DNA from: Candidatus Krumholzibacteriia bacterium
Lineage (GTDB): Bacteria > Krumholzibacteriota > Krumholzibacteriia > Krumholzibacteriales > Krumholzibacteriaceae
Length of the DNA stretch: 64,000 nucleotides
Reading direction: 5' to 3'
Assembly (NCBI GenBank): GCA_963836185.1
Contig: CAWIIQ010000001.1
Location: 2,176,001-2,240,000 of the forward strand
Below are positions 20,546-31,637 of the stretch, in pieces. A program made the position numbers and the translations under genes. The notes beneath the pieces are model-generated. The model made no database searches. It was not told the origin of the DNA and saw only the letters and a list, made by a program, of their open reading frames with translations. Every line of letters starts with the position of its first letter. Position 1 is the first letter of the stretch.

Positions 20546-23223
20546 CGTCCGTTGATCAATCTCTCAACTAATCCGGGGATAGCCTCGAAGACCCGCTGCT
20601 CACTGTCGAGTTCCTTCGTGCCCAGCTGGGCGAGATGTTTCTTCCCGCCCCCTCCTCCTCCGGCCAGGGGACCGAGTTCCTTGACGATATCGACAGCTGT
20701 GACTCCCTTTCCGACAAGATCGTCGGTAACGGTGATCACGAAATGCATCTTTCCCTTGTCCGGCATCGAGAGGACCGCGACACCAGAGGGCACCTTCTCC
20801 CTGAACGAGTCGGCAAGGCCCCTCAAGGCTCCAGCGTCTCTCGCGCCCGGCCTGCCCGTCGCGATCATGAATCCCGAGATCTCATTCGCCTCTCTTATGA
20901 TATTATCGAGCTGGCTGCCGCCGCCCTTCTCGAGTATCTTTATCTCCTTCTTCATCTCTTCCACTGTCTCGAGCATCGCCCCGATCCTAGCCTTCATCTC
21001 TGCCGGGGTCGTCCTGAGAAGGGACGCCGCTTCTTCCTCACGGTCGAACGAGTCGTGGACATGGCGCAGGGCTCCCTGTCCGGTCACGGCCTCGATCCTG
21101 CGCACCCCGGCCGCGACACTGCTCTCCGACACTATCAGGAAAAGTCCTGCCTGGCCAGTCGATGAGAGATGAGTGCCGCCGCACAGTTCGGTAGACACGT
21201 CTCCCATATGGACCACGCGGACCTTCGTCCCGTACTTCTCGTCAAAAAGGGCGATGGCTCCGGAATCGATCGCTCCCTGGTAGTCCATCAGCTCTGTTCT
21301 CACCTCGAGAGCGTCCCGGATCCACCGGTTGACGAGTTCCTCTATCCTTCTCTTTTCCTCACCGGTGACCGCCTGGAAATGATTGAAATCGAATCTCAGC
21401 CTGTCCGGCCCGACGAGCGAGCCGGCCTGCGCGACGTGCCCGCCGACGATCTCCCGCAGCGCGGCATGAAGCAGGTGAGTCGCGGTATGGTTTGCCGCCG
21501 TCGCCAGCCTCGCCTCGTTATTGATATGAAGTGTTATCTTTGGATCCTTCTCTACCAGTTCCCCGATACCGGAAATATCATCGGCAGCCTCGGCAAGGTG
21601 GATTATCTCTCCGCCTCTCTTGAATACGTCGCGGATCTCCAGCCTGCCGCCGGTCATCTCGATCCAGCCGCTGTCGGCCATCTGCCCGCCCGATGTGGCG
21701 TAGAACGGAGTCCTGTCGAGGACGAGTTCGACCGCGGGAGTATTCGCCCGGGACCATGTGACATCTTTCCTCTCCGCTTTATCGAGCACCCTGTACCTGC
21801 GCACCTCGGCCTCGCCGCCGACGCTCTCGTACCCGGTGAAGATCGAACTCTCCCCCTCGGACAGTTCTGTCATCTCGACAAGCGCCTGCTCGCCCGCGTC
21901 GAAGGCGCTGCTCCTCTGAGCGCGTTTCCGCTGCTCCTCCATGGCGGCAGCGAAACCTTCCTCATCGACTTCGAGCCCTTCTTCCGCAGCGAGGGCGATC
22001 GTCAGTTCAAGAGGGAACCCGTACGTATCATAAAGTAAAAATGCCTGTTCGCCTGCGATCGCCTTGCCCTTGTCGTTCCTTATATCATCGACGATGACGG
22101 CGAACCTCGACTTGCCGTCCTCCAGGGTCCTGTAGAAGCTCTCCTCCTCCGCCCTGATTATCATCGCGGTGTCAGGCGCCCTCTCGACAAGCTCGGGATA
22201 GTCCTCTCCCATCACCCTGACTACCTCGTCGACCATGCCGTAGAGGACCGGCCCGTCGATCCCGAATGTATGAAGCCGCGTCAGCGCACGCCTCAGTATC
22301 CTTCTGAGTATATATCCCCTGCCTTCGTTCGACGGGTATATCCCCTCTGAGATCGTGAATGTCAGCGCCCTTGCATGATCGGCGATCATGTTGATACCGA
22401 GTTTCGCCTCGCCGGCCGTATCGGTGCCTTCGGGAAGAAGCGCGATAACGGCATCGACGAGGGGCTGGAATATATCTGTGTGAAAATTGTCCTCGGCCCC
22501 CTGCATGATCATCGCGATCCGCTCGAGGCCGGCGCCCGTATCGATACCAGGTTTCTCAAGGGGCCTGTACGTCCCGTCCTCCTCTAGGAAGAACTGCGGG
22601 AATACGAGGTTCCAGAACTCGAGATAGCGGTCGCAGTCGCATCCCGGGGCGCACTCCGCGCTTCCGCATCCCCTGGCCTCGCCCGCGTCGTAATAGATCT
22701 CCGAACAGGGGCCGCAGACACCGGTACTGCCGACGGGGCCCCAGAAATTGTCCTTGCGGCCGAGCCTGACGATCCTGTCGGCAGGCACTCCTATCTTCTC
22801 GTTCCATATCCCGTAAGCCTCGTCGTCATCCTCGAAGATGCTGACGTAGAGACGGTTCTCGGGGAGCTGGAGCACATCGATGACAAACTCCCAGGCCCAT
22901 TCGATCGCCTCGACCTTGAAATAGTCGCCGAAACTGAAATTACCGAGCATCTCGAAGAAGGTATGGTGGCGAAGCGTCCTGCCTACGCTCTCGAGGTCTC
23001 CGGCCCTGAGGCATTTCTGGACGCTGACCGCCCTAGTATAGGGAAGGTTGTCGGGCGAGAGGTAGAAATCCTTGAACTGCACCATCCCGGCGGAGGTAAA
23101 GAGGAGCGTCGCGTCGCCCTTCGGCACCAGCGGCGCGCTAGGCACCTCAGTGTGCTTCCTCTCGAGGAAGAAATCGAGGTAGGCTTTCCTTATATCGTGA
23201 GCTGTCCTGATATTACTGTTCAT
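20542..23223 (-). CDS. alaS: Alanine--tRNA ligase
   Basis: LLFTSAGMVQFK, HHTFFEMLGNFSFGDYFK, HTATHLLH, ELCGGTH, GGGGG. Confidence 0.98.
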   Translation of the reverse strand: MNSNIRTAHDIRKAYLDFFLERKHTEVPSAPLVPKGDATLLFTSAGMVQFKDFYLSPDNLPYTRAVSVQKCLRAGDLESVGRTLRHHTFFEMLGNFSFGDYFKVEAIEWAWEFVIDVLQLPENRLYVSIFEDDDEAYGIWNEKIGVPADRIVRLGRKDNFWGPVGSTGVCGPCSEIYYDAGEARGCGSAECAPGCDCDRYLEFWNLVFPQFFLEEDGTYRPLEKPGIDTGAGLERIAMIMQGAEDNFHTDIFQPLVDAVIALLPEGTDTAGEAKLGINMIADHARALTFTISEGIYPSNEGRGYILRRILRRALTRLHTFGIDGPVLYGMVDEVVRVMGEDYPELVERAPDTAMIIRAEEESFYRTLEDGKSRFAVIVDDIRNDKGKAIAGEQAFLLYDTYGFPLELTIALAAEEGLEVDEEGFAAAMEEQRKRAQRSSAFDAGEQALVEMTELSEGESSIFTGYESVGGEAEVRRYRVLDKAERKDVTWSRANTPAVELVLDRTPFYATSGGQMADSGWIEMTGGRLEIRDVFKRGGEIIHLAEAADDISGIGELVEKDPKITLHINNEARLATAANHTATHLLHAALREIVGGHVAQAGSLVGPDRLRFDFNHFQAVTGEEKRRIEELVNRWIRDALEVRTELMDYQGAIDSGAIALFDEKYGTKVRVVHMGDVSTELCGGTHLSSTGQAGLFLIVSESSVAAGVRRIEAVTGQGALRHVHDSFDREEEAASLLRTTPAEMKARIGAMLETVEEMKKEIKILEKGGGSQLDNIIREANEISGFMIATGRPGARDAGALRGLADSFREKVPSGVAVLSMPDKGKMHFVITVTDDLVGKGVTAVDIVKELGPLAGGGGGGKKHLAQLGTKELDSEQRVFEAIPGLVERLINGR

Positions 23224-23893
23224 CTGCCTCTCCGGTGATCTCTCCTCTCAATATCCCCGCGCATATGCTTCCGACGACACCGGACGCGAAGCCTCTACGG
23301 GAGAGATAGCCTCCTATCCTTCGCGCCGCCTTTTCCCTGCCGGACCTGGATTCAGCCGCTGCGGCGCGCGCAAGCCTGTCCAGGGCCATCTTCGAGGCCA
23401 GCCTCTCCTCCTCGCCGGGAGGAAAAGCGTCTGAGAGCAGTTCGTCTATGACCTCGGCCTCGACCCCGGCCCCCGACAGCTTCCTTCTCAGAAGAGCCGG
23501 CCCGGCGGGGTTGTGCCTCAGCCTGTATCCTATGAGCTCCGAAGCGAACCGCCTGTCGTTCAACAGGTTCTTCCTCTTGAGCGTCTCGACAATATAATCC
23601 ATCGAGGCCGGATTATCTATACCTTCCGCCTCGAGTTCCTCGCGCACCTCATGCTCGGTCCGTTCGCGTCTTGACAGGAAACTGAGGGCGCGGGCCATTC
23701 CCGCCTGCCGGGCTACCGGCCCCTCAAGCTCCTCGATGTCGCCGGGGTCGAGCACGGCGCCTTCCTCGAGGAAACGCTCCGTCGCGGGGGTCTTCAGGAC
23801 GAGATAAATCTTTCCCGACGAGGTCGTTACCCTGCGGAGCGACCCGGTGCTTCTCGATACCGATACTATCTCAGTGCTGCTGCTCAAGGTCAT
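23213..23893 (-). CDS. recX: Regulatory protein RecX
   Basis: ALSFLSRRERT..EV, LNDRRFA, YLSRRGF; downstream of recA. Confidence 0.85.
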   Translation of the reverse strand: MTLSSSTEIVSVSRSTGSLRRVTTSSGKIYLVLKTPATERFLEEGAVLDPGDIEELEGPVARQAGMARALSFLSRRERTEHEVREELEAEGIDNPASMDYIVETLKRKNLLNDRRFASELIGYRLRHNPAGPALLRRKLSGAGVEAEVIDELLSDAFPPGEEERLASKMALDRLARAAAAESRSGREKAARRIGGYLSRRGFASGVVGSICAGILRGEITGEADEQ

Positions 23894-23902
23894 GGTCCGG
23901 GC

Positions 23903-25069
23903 CTACACCTGTTTCAGATCGGCCTCGCCGCCGTCACCAGCAGGAGCCGCCGTCTCTTTCGCCACGGTAGAAGCAGGTGCGGCAGCGGGGACCGGCGAAG
24001 CGTCAAGCCCGTAGTGCTCGCGCACACTGGTCTCTATCTCGGCTCGTATATCGGTGTTCTCCTTGAGGAAAATCCGGGTATTGTCCTTGCCCTGGCCGAG
24101 TCTTGTCTCTCCCCAGGAATACCAGCTGCCCATCTTCGTCAGTATGCCGGAGACTACGCCCAGCTCGATCAGGTCGCCCTCGAGGCTGATACCCTCGCCG
24201 TAGAGTATCTCGAATTCGGCCTGGCGGAATGGCGCGGCGACCTTGTTCTTGACGACCTTGACCCTCGTCATGTTCCCGATGATGCTCTCGCGGTCCTTTA
24301 TCTGTCCGATGCGGCGGATGTCCATCCTCATCGTCGCGTAGAACTTCAATGCGTTTCCACCCGAAGTAGTCTCGGGATTACCGAACATCACGCCGATCTT
24401 CATCCGGATCTGGTTGGTGAATATCATACATGTGCGCGATTTTGAGACCGCGCCCGCTATCTTTCTGAGGGCCTGCGACATCAGCCTCGCCTGGAGGCCG
24501 ACATGCGAGTCACCCATATTGCCCTCGATCTCGGCCGAAGGCACGAGTGCCGCGACCGAGTCGATCACTACAACGTCGATCGCGTCGCTGCGGATGAGGA
24601 CCTCGGCGATCTCGAGCGCCTGCTCGCCCGTATCAGGCTGGGATATGAGAAGGTTGTCGATATCGACCCCTATCTTCCTCGCGTAACCGACGTCGAGAGC
24701 ATGCTCGGCATCGATGAAAGCAGCCACGCCTCCGAGCTTCTGCGCGTTCGCGACTATCGAGCAGGCAAGGGTCGTCTTGCCCGATCCCTCGGGCCCGTAG
24801 ATCTCCATCACCCTGCCCCGCGGCACTCCCCCGATCCCCGCCGCGATATCGAGCGCGAGGCTGCCGGTAGGAATAGCCTCTATCTCCTGGTGCGCGCCTT
24901 CCTCGCCCAGGCGCATGATCGCTCCTTTTCCGAACTGTTTCTCTATCTGGTCGACAGCAAGCTCGATCGCCTTGCCCTTGTCGCCCTGTTTCAAAGCCGG
25001 TTTTGTGCTTTTTACCATCTTTGACACCTTCTGGGTCCTTGTCTTTTTACCGAATCTGTCCGCGTTCAC
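23903..25069 (-). CDS. recA: Recombinase RecA
   Basis: [44 protein letters not shown] start after GGAGG. Confidence 0.98.
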   Translation of the reverse strand: MNADRFGKKTRTQKVSKMVKSTKPALKQGDKGKAIELAVDQIEKQFGKGAIMRLGEEGAHQEIEAIPTGSLALDIAAGIGGVPRGRVMEIYGPEGSGKTTLACSIVANAQKLGGVAAFIDAEHALDVGYARKIGVDIDNLLISQPDTGEQALEIAEVLIRSDAIDVVVIDSVAALVPSAEIEGNMGDSHVGLQARLMSQALRKIAGAVSKSRTCMIFTNQIRMKIGVMFGNPETTSGGNALKFYATMRMDIRRIGQIKDRESIIGNMTRVKVVKNKVAAPFRQAEFEILYGEGISLEGDLIELGVVSGILTKMGSWYSWGETRLGQGKDNTRIFLKENTDIRAEIETSVREHYGLDASPVPAAAPASTVAKETAAPAGDGGEADLKQV

Positions 25070-25151
25070 TTTCTTCCTCCCACTTCTTCCCCCGATCTAT
25101 CATGCGGCTGATTTATCCCGGGCCGCCACGGCGGCGGCCCGTCAGACTGCT

Positions 25152-25180
25152 TTTATATCACCAACCTGTCGATTGTTCAA
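25152..25180 (-). promoter_or_regulatory. Sigma70-type promoter for recA
   Basis: TTGAAC-N17-TATAAA with extended -10 TG. Confidence 0.55.
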
Positions 25181-25231
25181 TGAATTTCACGATTTTGAGG
25201 GAAGGTGTTTTCCCGTGTCTTTCGCCCGATA

Positions 25232-25792
25232 TCAGCGTCCGAGCTCGAATTCTCCGGCTTCTTCGTATAATGCGCCTGAAGGGGTCAAACGGCTGCTCAT
25301 CAGCGTAAAATGGCCGGCATCGAGAAAGGCGGCTGCATCCAGGGGCGGGAAGGACCGCAGGGCACAGAGGGCCTCATCTCCGGGAGGGCGTTTTACCCGG
25401 GCGAGAGTCAGGTGGGCCCTGAATCTCTTTTTATCCCTCTCGAACCCGATCTTTTCACATTCATCCTCTATCCGCCCGGCAAGATCCCTGAGCTTCTCGA
25501 ATCCACTGTCGATACCATAGTAGATCACCCGAGGATCATCAAGATCGGGGAACCCGCCGATACTCCCCATCGTCAGGCGGAACGGCTCCGTCCCCGATGC
25601 CGCGCTCCTCGCCGCTTCATGGATCGACGGAAGCATACTGCCGTCGACCTCTCCGAGGAATTTCAGTGTGAAGTGATAGTTCTCCGGCCGGATCCATCTC
25701 CACGGAGCGCGGCGGATGCTGGAATCCTCTATGATACGCGAGATCCGCCCCGCTATCGATTCTCCCGCATGAAGGGCGAAGAAGAGCCTCAC
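25232..25792 (-). CDS. thpR: RNA 2',3'-cyclic phosphodiesterase (2H)
   Basis: Two HxT motifs: HFTLKFLG and HLTLAR. GTG start at 25792. Confidence 0.9.
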   Translation of the reverse strand: MRLFFALHAGESIAGRISRIIEDSSIRRAPWRWIRPENYHFTLKFLGEVDGSMLPSIHEAARSAASGTEPFRLTMGSIGGFPDLDDPRVIYYGIDSGFEKLRDLAGRIEDECEKIGFERDKKRFRAHLTLARVKRPPGDEALCALRSFPPLDAAAFLDAGHFTLMSSRLTPSGALYEEAGEFELGR

Positions 25793-27007
25793 GGGTACCG
25801 GCCCTCCTGTCCGAGCAACCTCCGCCTCAGCATATCGAGGCAGGTGCAGGCGGTCCTGAGCCTGATCACTTCCCGCCACCCGGCCATCTTTCTCTTCCGG
25901 CACTCAGTCATGCCGGCAAAGGCCAGTCCCATCCAGCACAATCCCACAGGCTTGCCTTCGACAGCTCCGCCGGGGCCGGCTATCCCTGTCGTCGAGAGTC
26001 CGATATCCGCTCCCGAGATCCTCGCGGCACCCTCGGCCATCTGCCCGCAGACCTCCTCGCTTACCGCCCCTTCAGTGGCTATGGCAGTCTGCCCGACGCC
26101 GAGGATCCTCGTCTTCGATTCGTTGCTGTAGGTTATATATCCTTCGAGGAATGTCTCGCTCGCACCCGGCACCGAGACGATCAGCGAGGCAAGCATGCCC
26201 CCCGTCAGGGATTCGGCTGTTGCAAGGGTCAGCTTCCTCTCACGAAGCATGCCGACGACTACATCTTCGAGCCTGTCCCTCCCCTCACCGAACAGATCGT
26301 CCCCGAGGCTCTCCGAGGCCCGCGCGGCGATCTCCTCATCGATACCGGGAGGAAGATATACACTGATCCCGGAGGGGGACGAGATTATCGAGAGATGCTC
26401 GAGGAGGTCTTCCCCGAGCACTGGCGCCAGCCTCTCCTCCACGGCTGTCTCCATCAGGCCGAAGACCCGCAGTACTTTTCTCCGGTCTTCCGAGCCGGAT
26501 ACCAGGCGTGGAAGGACGAGGCGTTCGAACATATCTTCCATCTCGCCCGGAACGCCGGGGAGAAGGAAGATGCCGCACTCCTCCCGCCTCGATCGCGAGA
26601 CCGGGCGCCGCTCCCACCAGGTTCTCGAGAAGTTCCGCGCCCGCCGGGACCCGCGCCAGATCCCTGTAACCTTCAGGCATCGTGAATCCCAGCTCGGTGA
26701 AACGCCGCTCGATCCCGGCTATGATCCCGTCACGGATCTCTACTTCCCCCCCGAACGCGTCGATGGCCGCCTGCCGCGTCACATCGTCCACGGTCGGGCC
26801 GAGCCCGCCCGTGACCACGACGGCGTCGCTCCTCTCCGCCGCAGCGGCGAGCTCATCGCGGATAAGATCTGTCCTGTCGGGAAGAGCCGTCGTCCTCCAC
26901 GGAGAGATCCCGGCCGATGTAAGGGATATGGAAAGCCATACTGTGTTGTTTTTAACTGTCTCGCCGCGGAGGACCTCGTCCCCGACCGTGATTATCTCGA
27001 CCCTCAT
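25789..27007 (-). CDS. cinA: CinA competence/damage-inducible protein (MoCF domain + NMN deamidase), frameshift near 26585
   Basis: VGDEVL.G, TGGLGPTVDDVT; second ORF AESLTGG, GAVS, STTGIAGPGG. Confidence 0.9.
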
Positions 27008-27465
27008 AGCAGTTCCGTGAAATGTCTCAGCAGTACCATCACCGCCAGAGCGTAGAGCCCCGCGAGTATATCATCGACCACTACGCCCACTCCTCCCGGA
27101 AGTCTCTGGGACCTGCCGGCGGGAAATGGTTTCGCGATATCGAATATCCTGAACAGTACGTATCCGACAAGCCCGGCCCTGAGGGTGACTGGCGACAGGA
27201 GCAGGGTGATCTGCATACCGACGACCTCGTCGATCACGATACAGGAAGCGTCCTCGCCATAATATTTCTCCATGATGTGTGAGATGATGATCGCAACGGG
27301 GATCAATCCGGCGATGACGGCCCAATGAGTCATCCAGTGCCCGCCAGGTACAAAGAGCCAAACGAGCAGCCAGACCATACTGGCAAACGACGCGGGTGCG
27401 AACGGGAAGAACCCCGTATAAAAAAAAGAGCCGAAGATCGTGACGAAGAACCGTTTCATCTGCAT
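27004..27465 (-). CDS. pgpA: Phosphatidylglycerophosphatase A
   Basis: IVIDEVVG, FRIFDIAKPFP, GVVVDDILAG. Confidence 0.92.
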   Translation of the reverse strand: MQMKRFFVTIFGSFFYTGFFPFAPASFASMVWLLVWLFVPGGHWMTHWAVIAGLIPVAIIISHIMEKYYGEDASCIVIDEVVGMQITLLLSPVTLRAGLVGYVLFRIFDIAKPFPAGRSQRLPGGVGVVVDDILAGLYALAVMVLLRHFTELL

Positions 27466-27548
27466 CCTTTGACAGGTACAGATGTCAGGATATAGACAAG
27501 GGCGGGAATCGGCAATCAAATAATCACCGAAAGGCGGGCAGGATCTGC

Positions 27549-28127
27549 CTACGAGAGATTACGAAGGACTCCCTTTGCCACCGCTTTCAGCGTGTCAAAC
27601 ACGCCTACACCCTTGACCGCGACGGCCTCGAAAGCGGGGTAGTGCTTGGGATTGAGCTCCTCTTCGAGATCTGGCACCTCGATCAGATCGGGCAGGTCCC
27701 TCTTGTTGTACTGGATCGCATAGGGAAGTTCGTCGATCTTGAGATTGTACTCGGCGAGGTTCTCGTGAAGGTTGTAAAGGCTCTCGATGTTCGCGTCATA
27801 CCTGTTTGTCTGGGAGTCGGCGACAAAGACGACACCGTCTGTCCCGCGAAGGATAAGTTTCCGTGACGCGTCGTAATAGACCTGTCCCGGCACCGTGTAG
27901 AGGTGGAACCTGGTCTTGAATCCCTTGACCGTTCCAAGTTCCAGAGGCAGGAAATCGAAGAAGAGCGTCCTGTCCATCTCGGTGGCGAGCGTGATCAGCT
28001 TGCCCTTGGTATCGGGAGACACCTTGTCATAGATGTACTGGATGTTCGTCGTCTTCCCGCACAGCCCCGGTCCGTAGTAGACGATCTTTACGTTGATCTC
28101 ACGCGAGGAGTAATTTATCAGCGACAA
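27549..28127 (-). CDS. mglA: Small Ras-like GTPase MglA
   Basis: KIVYYGPGLCGKTTN, RTLFFDFLPL, LYTVPGQV, NKRD. Confidence 0.95.
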   Translation of the reverse strand: MSLINYSSREINVKIVYYGPGLCGKTTNIQYIYDKVSPDTKGKLITLATEMDRTLFFDFLPLELGTVKGFKTRFHLYTVPGQVYYDASRKLILRGTDGVVFVADSQTNRYDANIESLYNLHENLAEYNLKIDELPYAIQYNKRDLPDLIEVPDLEEELNPKHYPAFEAVAVKGVGVFDTLKAVAKGVLRNLS

Positions 28128-28144
28128 CTCAGGCCCCTCCCCGT

Positions 28145-28645
28145 TCAGTCTGAGAACAGACTGTCTATCTCCATCTCGGCCTCGGCGGTAAATTCTTCAC
28201 CGAGCTCCTCGTGGTATTCCTCGTTTTCATACTCGAGCTTGTCATACAGGCCCCTGATGACAGCGGCGAGTCCCTCGACCGCTTTTTTCGTCCTGAGCCT
28301 GACAAGGCCGAGCGTGGTCTTCTTGTCGAACAGCACTACCAGGATGATATCCTTCTCTACCCTTGCCAGGTACATACTCTCGTTGCTCCCCTGATGATAC
28401 AGGGTCGAGAAATCCTTTTCCCCGATCAGCTTGGCCAGCTGTGCGTTAGCCTCGAAATCGGCTGCGCAGAGAGAAGCGAAGCTGTACATATCGAACCGCG
28501 GTTCTTCTCCCACGCTCGAGATCAGCTGACCAGTCTTGTCGAGAAGGATCACGCTGGTAGCGTTCGAGTTCTTCAGTAATTCCTGGAGCGTCGTACTGAT
28601 CGCCCAGTAATCCTCTTCGAATACTTTCCAGTTCGTTCTGACCAT
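28145..28645 (-). CDS. mglB: Roadblock/LC7 protein MglB (GAP of MglA)
   Basis: LAKLIGEKDFSTLYHQG, TTLGLVRL, acidic C-terminal helix; adjacent to mglA. Confidence 0.93.
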   Translation of the reverse strand: MVRTNWKVFEEDYWAISTTLQELLKNSNATSVILLDKTGQLISSVGEEPRFDMYSFASLCAADFEANAQLAKLIGEKDFSTLYHQGSNESMYLARVEKDIILVVLFDKKTTLGLVRLRTKKAVEGLAAVIRGLYDKLEYENEEYHEELGEEFTAEAEMEIDSLFSD

Positions 28646-28672
28646 TCTGCTTTCTCTCTCCCTTGCCCGGGA

Positions 28673-29275
28673 TCAATCGACCAACTCTCGCCCATCGAGG
28701 GCCTTGCTTATCGTACCTCTGTCGACGAACTCGAGGGAACTGCCGAGGGGTAGTCCCCTTGCCGGCCTCGTCACCTTCACATCGCATTCCCTGAACATCC
28801 GCGCGATGTAGAGTGTCGTCGTATCTCCCTCGACGCTCGGGTTTGTCGCTATGATGAGTTCAGTTATCTCTTCCTTTTCCACCCGCTCCTTCAGCACCGC
28901 CAGGTTCAACTGCTCTGGTCCCACTCCATCAAGTGGTGAAAGAACTCCGTGTAGAACATGGTAGCGGCCCCTGAAATGGCCCGATCTTTCAAGAACGTAA
29001 AGGTCAGCGGGCCGTTCAACGACGCATAACACTCCTTCGGTTCTTCCCGGGTCGCCGCAGATCGAGCAGATATCACCTTCTGCGAGACTCCCGCATCTGT
29101 TGCAATATCCGATTTCTTCTTTGACTCGCCTGAGCGCTTCGGCAAAACTCCTGACCTCCCCCTCGTTCATGTCGAGGATGGCAAATGCCAGTCTTCGCGC
29201 CGTTTTCTCCCCTACTCCAGGCAGTTTCCTGAAATGTTCTATCACTTCCTGAAGCAGCGGAAGACCCTGATCCAT
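28673..29275 (-). CDS. recR: Recombination mediator RecR
   Basis: LPGVGEKTARRLAF, C4 zinc finger, YHVLHG.LSPLDGVGP, ATNPSVEG. Confidence 0.96.
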   Translation of the reverse strand: MDQGLPLLQEVIEHFRKLPGVGEKTARRLAFAILDMNEGEVRSFAEALRRVKEEIGYCNRCGSLAEGDICSICGDPGRTEGVLCVVERPADLYVLERSGHFRGRYHVLHGVLSPLDGVGPEQLNLAVLKERVEKEEITELIIATNPSVEGDTTTLYIARMFRECDVKVTRPARGLPLGSSLEFVDRGTISKALDGRELVD

Positions 29276-29381
29276 TGCTTTCTCCCTGTGTTTAGCAAGA
29301 ATCTTGCCTTGTTTCATGTTCTGAGGCACGATGGGAAAAGATAAGCCGCGAAAAAGAATGGTGTTCCCTGCGGCGGAAGGT

Positions 29382-29693
29382 CTAGAACATCCCTGGCAGG
29401 CCCATTCCGCCGGTTATCGAGCTCATCCCGTCCTTCAGCATCTCTTCAATACGGCTGGCCGCCTCTGTAACCGCCGCGGCTACGAGATCTTCGAGCATCT
29501 CCACATCCTGCGGATCCACGACTTCCGGATCGATCGTCACGGAGACTACCTCGTGTCTGCCGTTCATGACCACCTTGACCATACCGCCCCCGGCTGAGGC
29601 CTCAACGCTCTTTTCAGCCAGTTCTGCCTGCATCTGGGCCATTTTCGCCTGCATCTGCTGCGCCTGTTTGAGAAGCTTGCCCATGTCCTTCAT
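29382..29693 (-). CDS. ybaB: Nucleoid-associated protein YbaB/EbfC
   Basis: KQAQQMQ, AGGGMVKV, MLEDLVAAAV; between dnaX and recR. Confidence 0.95.
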   Translation of the reverse strand: MKDMGKLLKQAQQMQAKMAQMQAELAEKSVEASAGGGMVKVVMNGRHEVVSVTIDPEVVDPQDVEMLEDLVAAAVTEAASRIEEMLKDGMSSITGGMGLPGMF

Positions 29694-29742
29694 TATGTTC
29701 TCCCCGTCTTTCTTGTTTATTGTTTTCTCCGGGACCGCCGAA

Positions 29743-31609
29743 TCAGTCCAGGAGCTCCGCGTCCAGGCTCTTCATGATCCGGTCCAGTGCCGGGCTTTCG
29801 GTTTTTGCGGCTCCGGCTTTCTTTTTAGCGGCGCGGGGGCCCTTTTTCCCGGGCTTCGCTCCGGCAACCTGCCTGTCTGCCGGCTCAGGACCCTCTTCTG
29901 CCCCTTCCGGCTCTTTGCCGCCCGGACGCGGTTTTGTCCGCGCGTCTATCTCCATCTTTGCCTGGTTGTCGGGACTGCCCACTTTGATATCGACCGTTTC
30001 ACATGTCTCCACGGTAAATTTTCTTCCATAGAACTTTTCGAGATGATCCTCTATCAGCCGCCTGTTCTTCGCGTCTCTTATCATCGCCATGGCGAACCTG
30101 TTCTGCGGCGAAAAGGAGAGGATCAGGTTCCCATCCTCGATACCGGCGACCTCCGCCGACATCAGCCATATACCGACGGTGAGCTTCGCTTCCCTGACCT
30201 GCGCGAGAAACCGCTCCCACTCATCCCTGCCACCGAGAGCTTCAAGAAGGGGATTCTCCCTGACCGGTATCTCGGGGGTCCCGGATGGCCCTGCCGCCGG
30301 TTCTTCCGCCGGGGATGCCCCGGCCGCGGGCGAGTCGGACGGCGCGGCAGCGTCGACCATTGCCGACGACATCGCCGGCCCGGATCCTTCCGCTGCTCCC
30401 GGCCTTTCAGCCTGTCCCCGCCTGGCGGCTCCGCTGCCGTTCGCCGCGCTCCCTGATACCGCGGATGCGCCACCCTCTCCGGACTCGAGCCTGCTGATAA
30501 GTTCGCCTATCTCCACCGCCGATTCCCAGGATGCGGCTTCCGCCACGGCTGCTTCAATATGATATCGCGGATTGCTCGTACCCTTTAGCTCACGGTGCGC
30601 CCTCGACATCGAGCGGAAAATAAACAGCAGGTCCTCTATCTCGAACTTCTCCGCGATCGCGGACAGTTCCTCTATCTCGCCCGAAGTGAGGTCGAGCCAG
30701 TCGGTCCGGCCTGCCGATACCGAGATGACCAGCAGATTCCGTATCCCTTCGATGAAGCCGATGAAGAACTCTTCGAGATCCATGCCGGAAGCGGTCACCC
30801 GGTCCACTACCGAAAGCGCCTCGTTCCTGTCACGGCGGCTCACCGCGTCGAGCAGTCCGGAGACGATCTGTGAATCGACCAGTCCCAGGACCTTCCGGAC
30901 GGTATCGAGGTCGATCTTTTCTTCGGCGGCCGAAATACACTGGTCCAGCAGTGATTCCGCGTCGCGCATCGAACCGTCGGCCCTTCTGCATATCAATGTC
31001 AGCGCTTCAGCGATCGTACTTTATCTTCTCGGAATCGCATATCCTTTTGAGCTGCCCGGAGAGTTCGGACAGTTCGAGCCTCTTGAAATTGAATCTCTGG
31101 CAGCGCGACAGGATCGTAGCGGGGACCTTGTGCGGCTCTGTCGTCGCGAATATCAGGTAGACATGTCCCGGGGGTTCCTCGAGAGTCTTGAGCAGGGCAT
31201 TGAAAGCCTGCTGAGTGAGCATGTGGACCTCGTCGATGATATAGATCTTCGAGCTGGACTGCGAGGGGGCGTACCCGATCTTCTCCCTCAGGTCCCTTAT
31301 CTCATCGATCCCCCTGTTGGATGCACCGTCGATCTCTATCATGTCGAGATGGTTGCCGCTGTTTACGGAGACGCATGAGGAGCACTTGTTGCATGGCTCG
31401 CCGTTGTCGGGTTCCTCGCAGTTGATGATCTTCGCGAGCAGCCGAGCCGTCGTGGTCTTGCCGCAACCGCGCGGTCCAGAAAAGAGATAGGCATGCGCCA
31501 GCCTGCCCTTCTCGTAGGCCTTCTGGAGTGTGGACGTGACATGGTCCTGGCCGACTACCTCGGCGAAGGTCCCGGGTCTCCATTTTCTGGCAAGCACGAG
31601 ATAAGACAT
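29743..31609 (-). CDS. dnaX: DNA polymerase III subunit gamma/tau, frameshift near 31010
   Basis: LARKWRP, GPRGCGKTT, DEVHML, SRCQ; second ORF begins ADGSMRDAESLLDQ. Confidence 0.93.
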
Positions 31610-31637
31610 GAGCGCAGTCCCCCGGTAAGAAGTTCAG

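Noticed and set aside
30996-31016. Programmed dnaX gamma/tau frameshift
   Set aside because: The break falls at about residue 200, inside the clamp-loader core, with no A AAA AAG or poly-A slippery site. It matches the other single-base indels.
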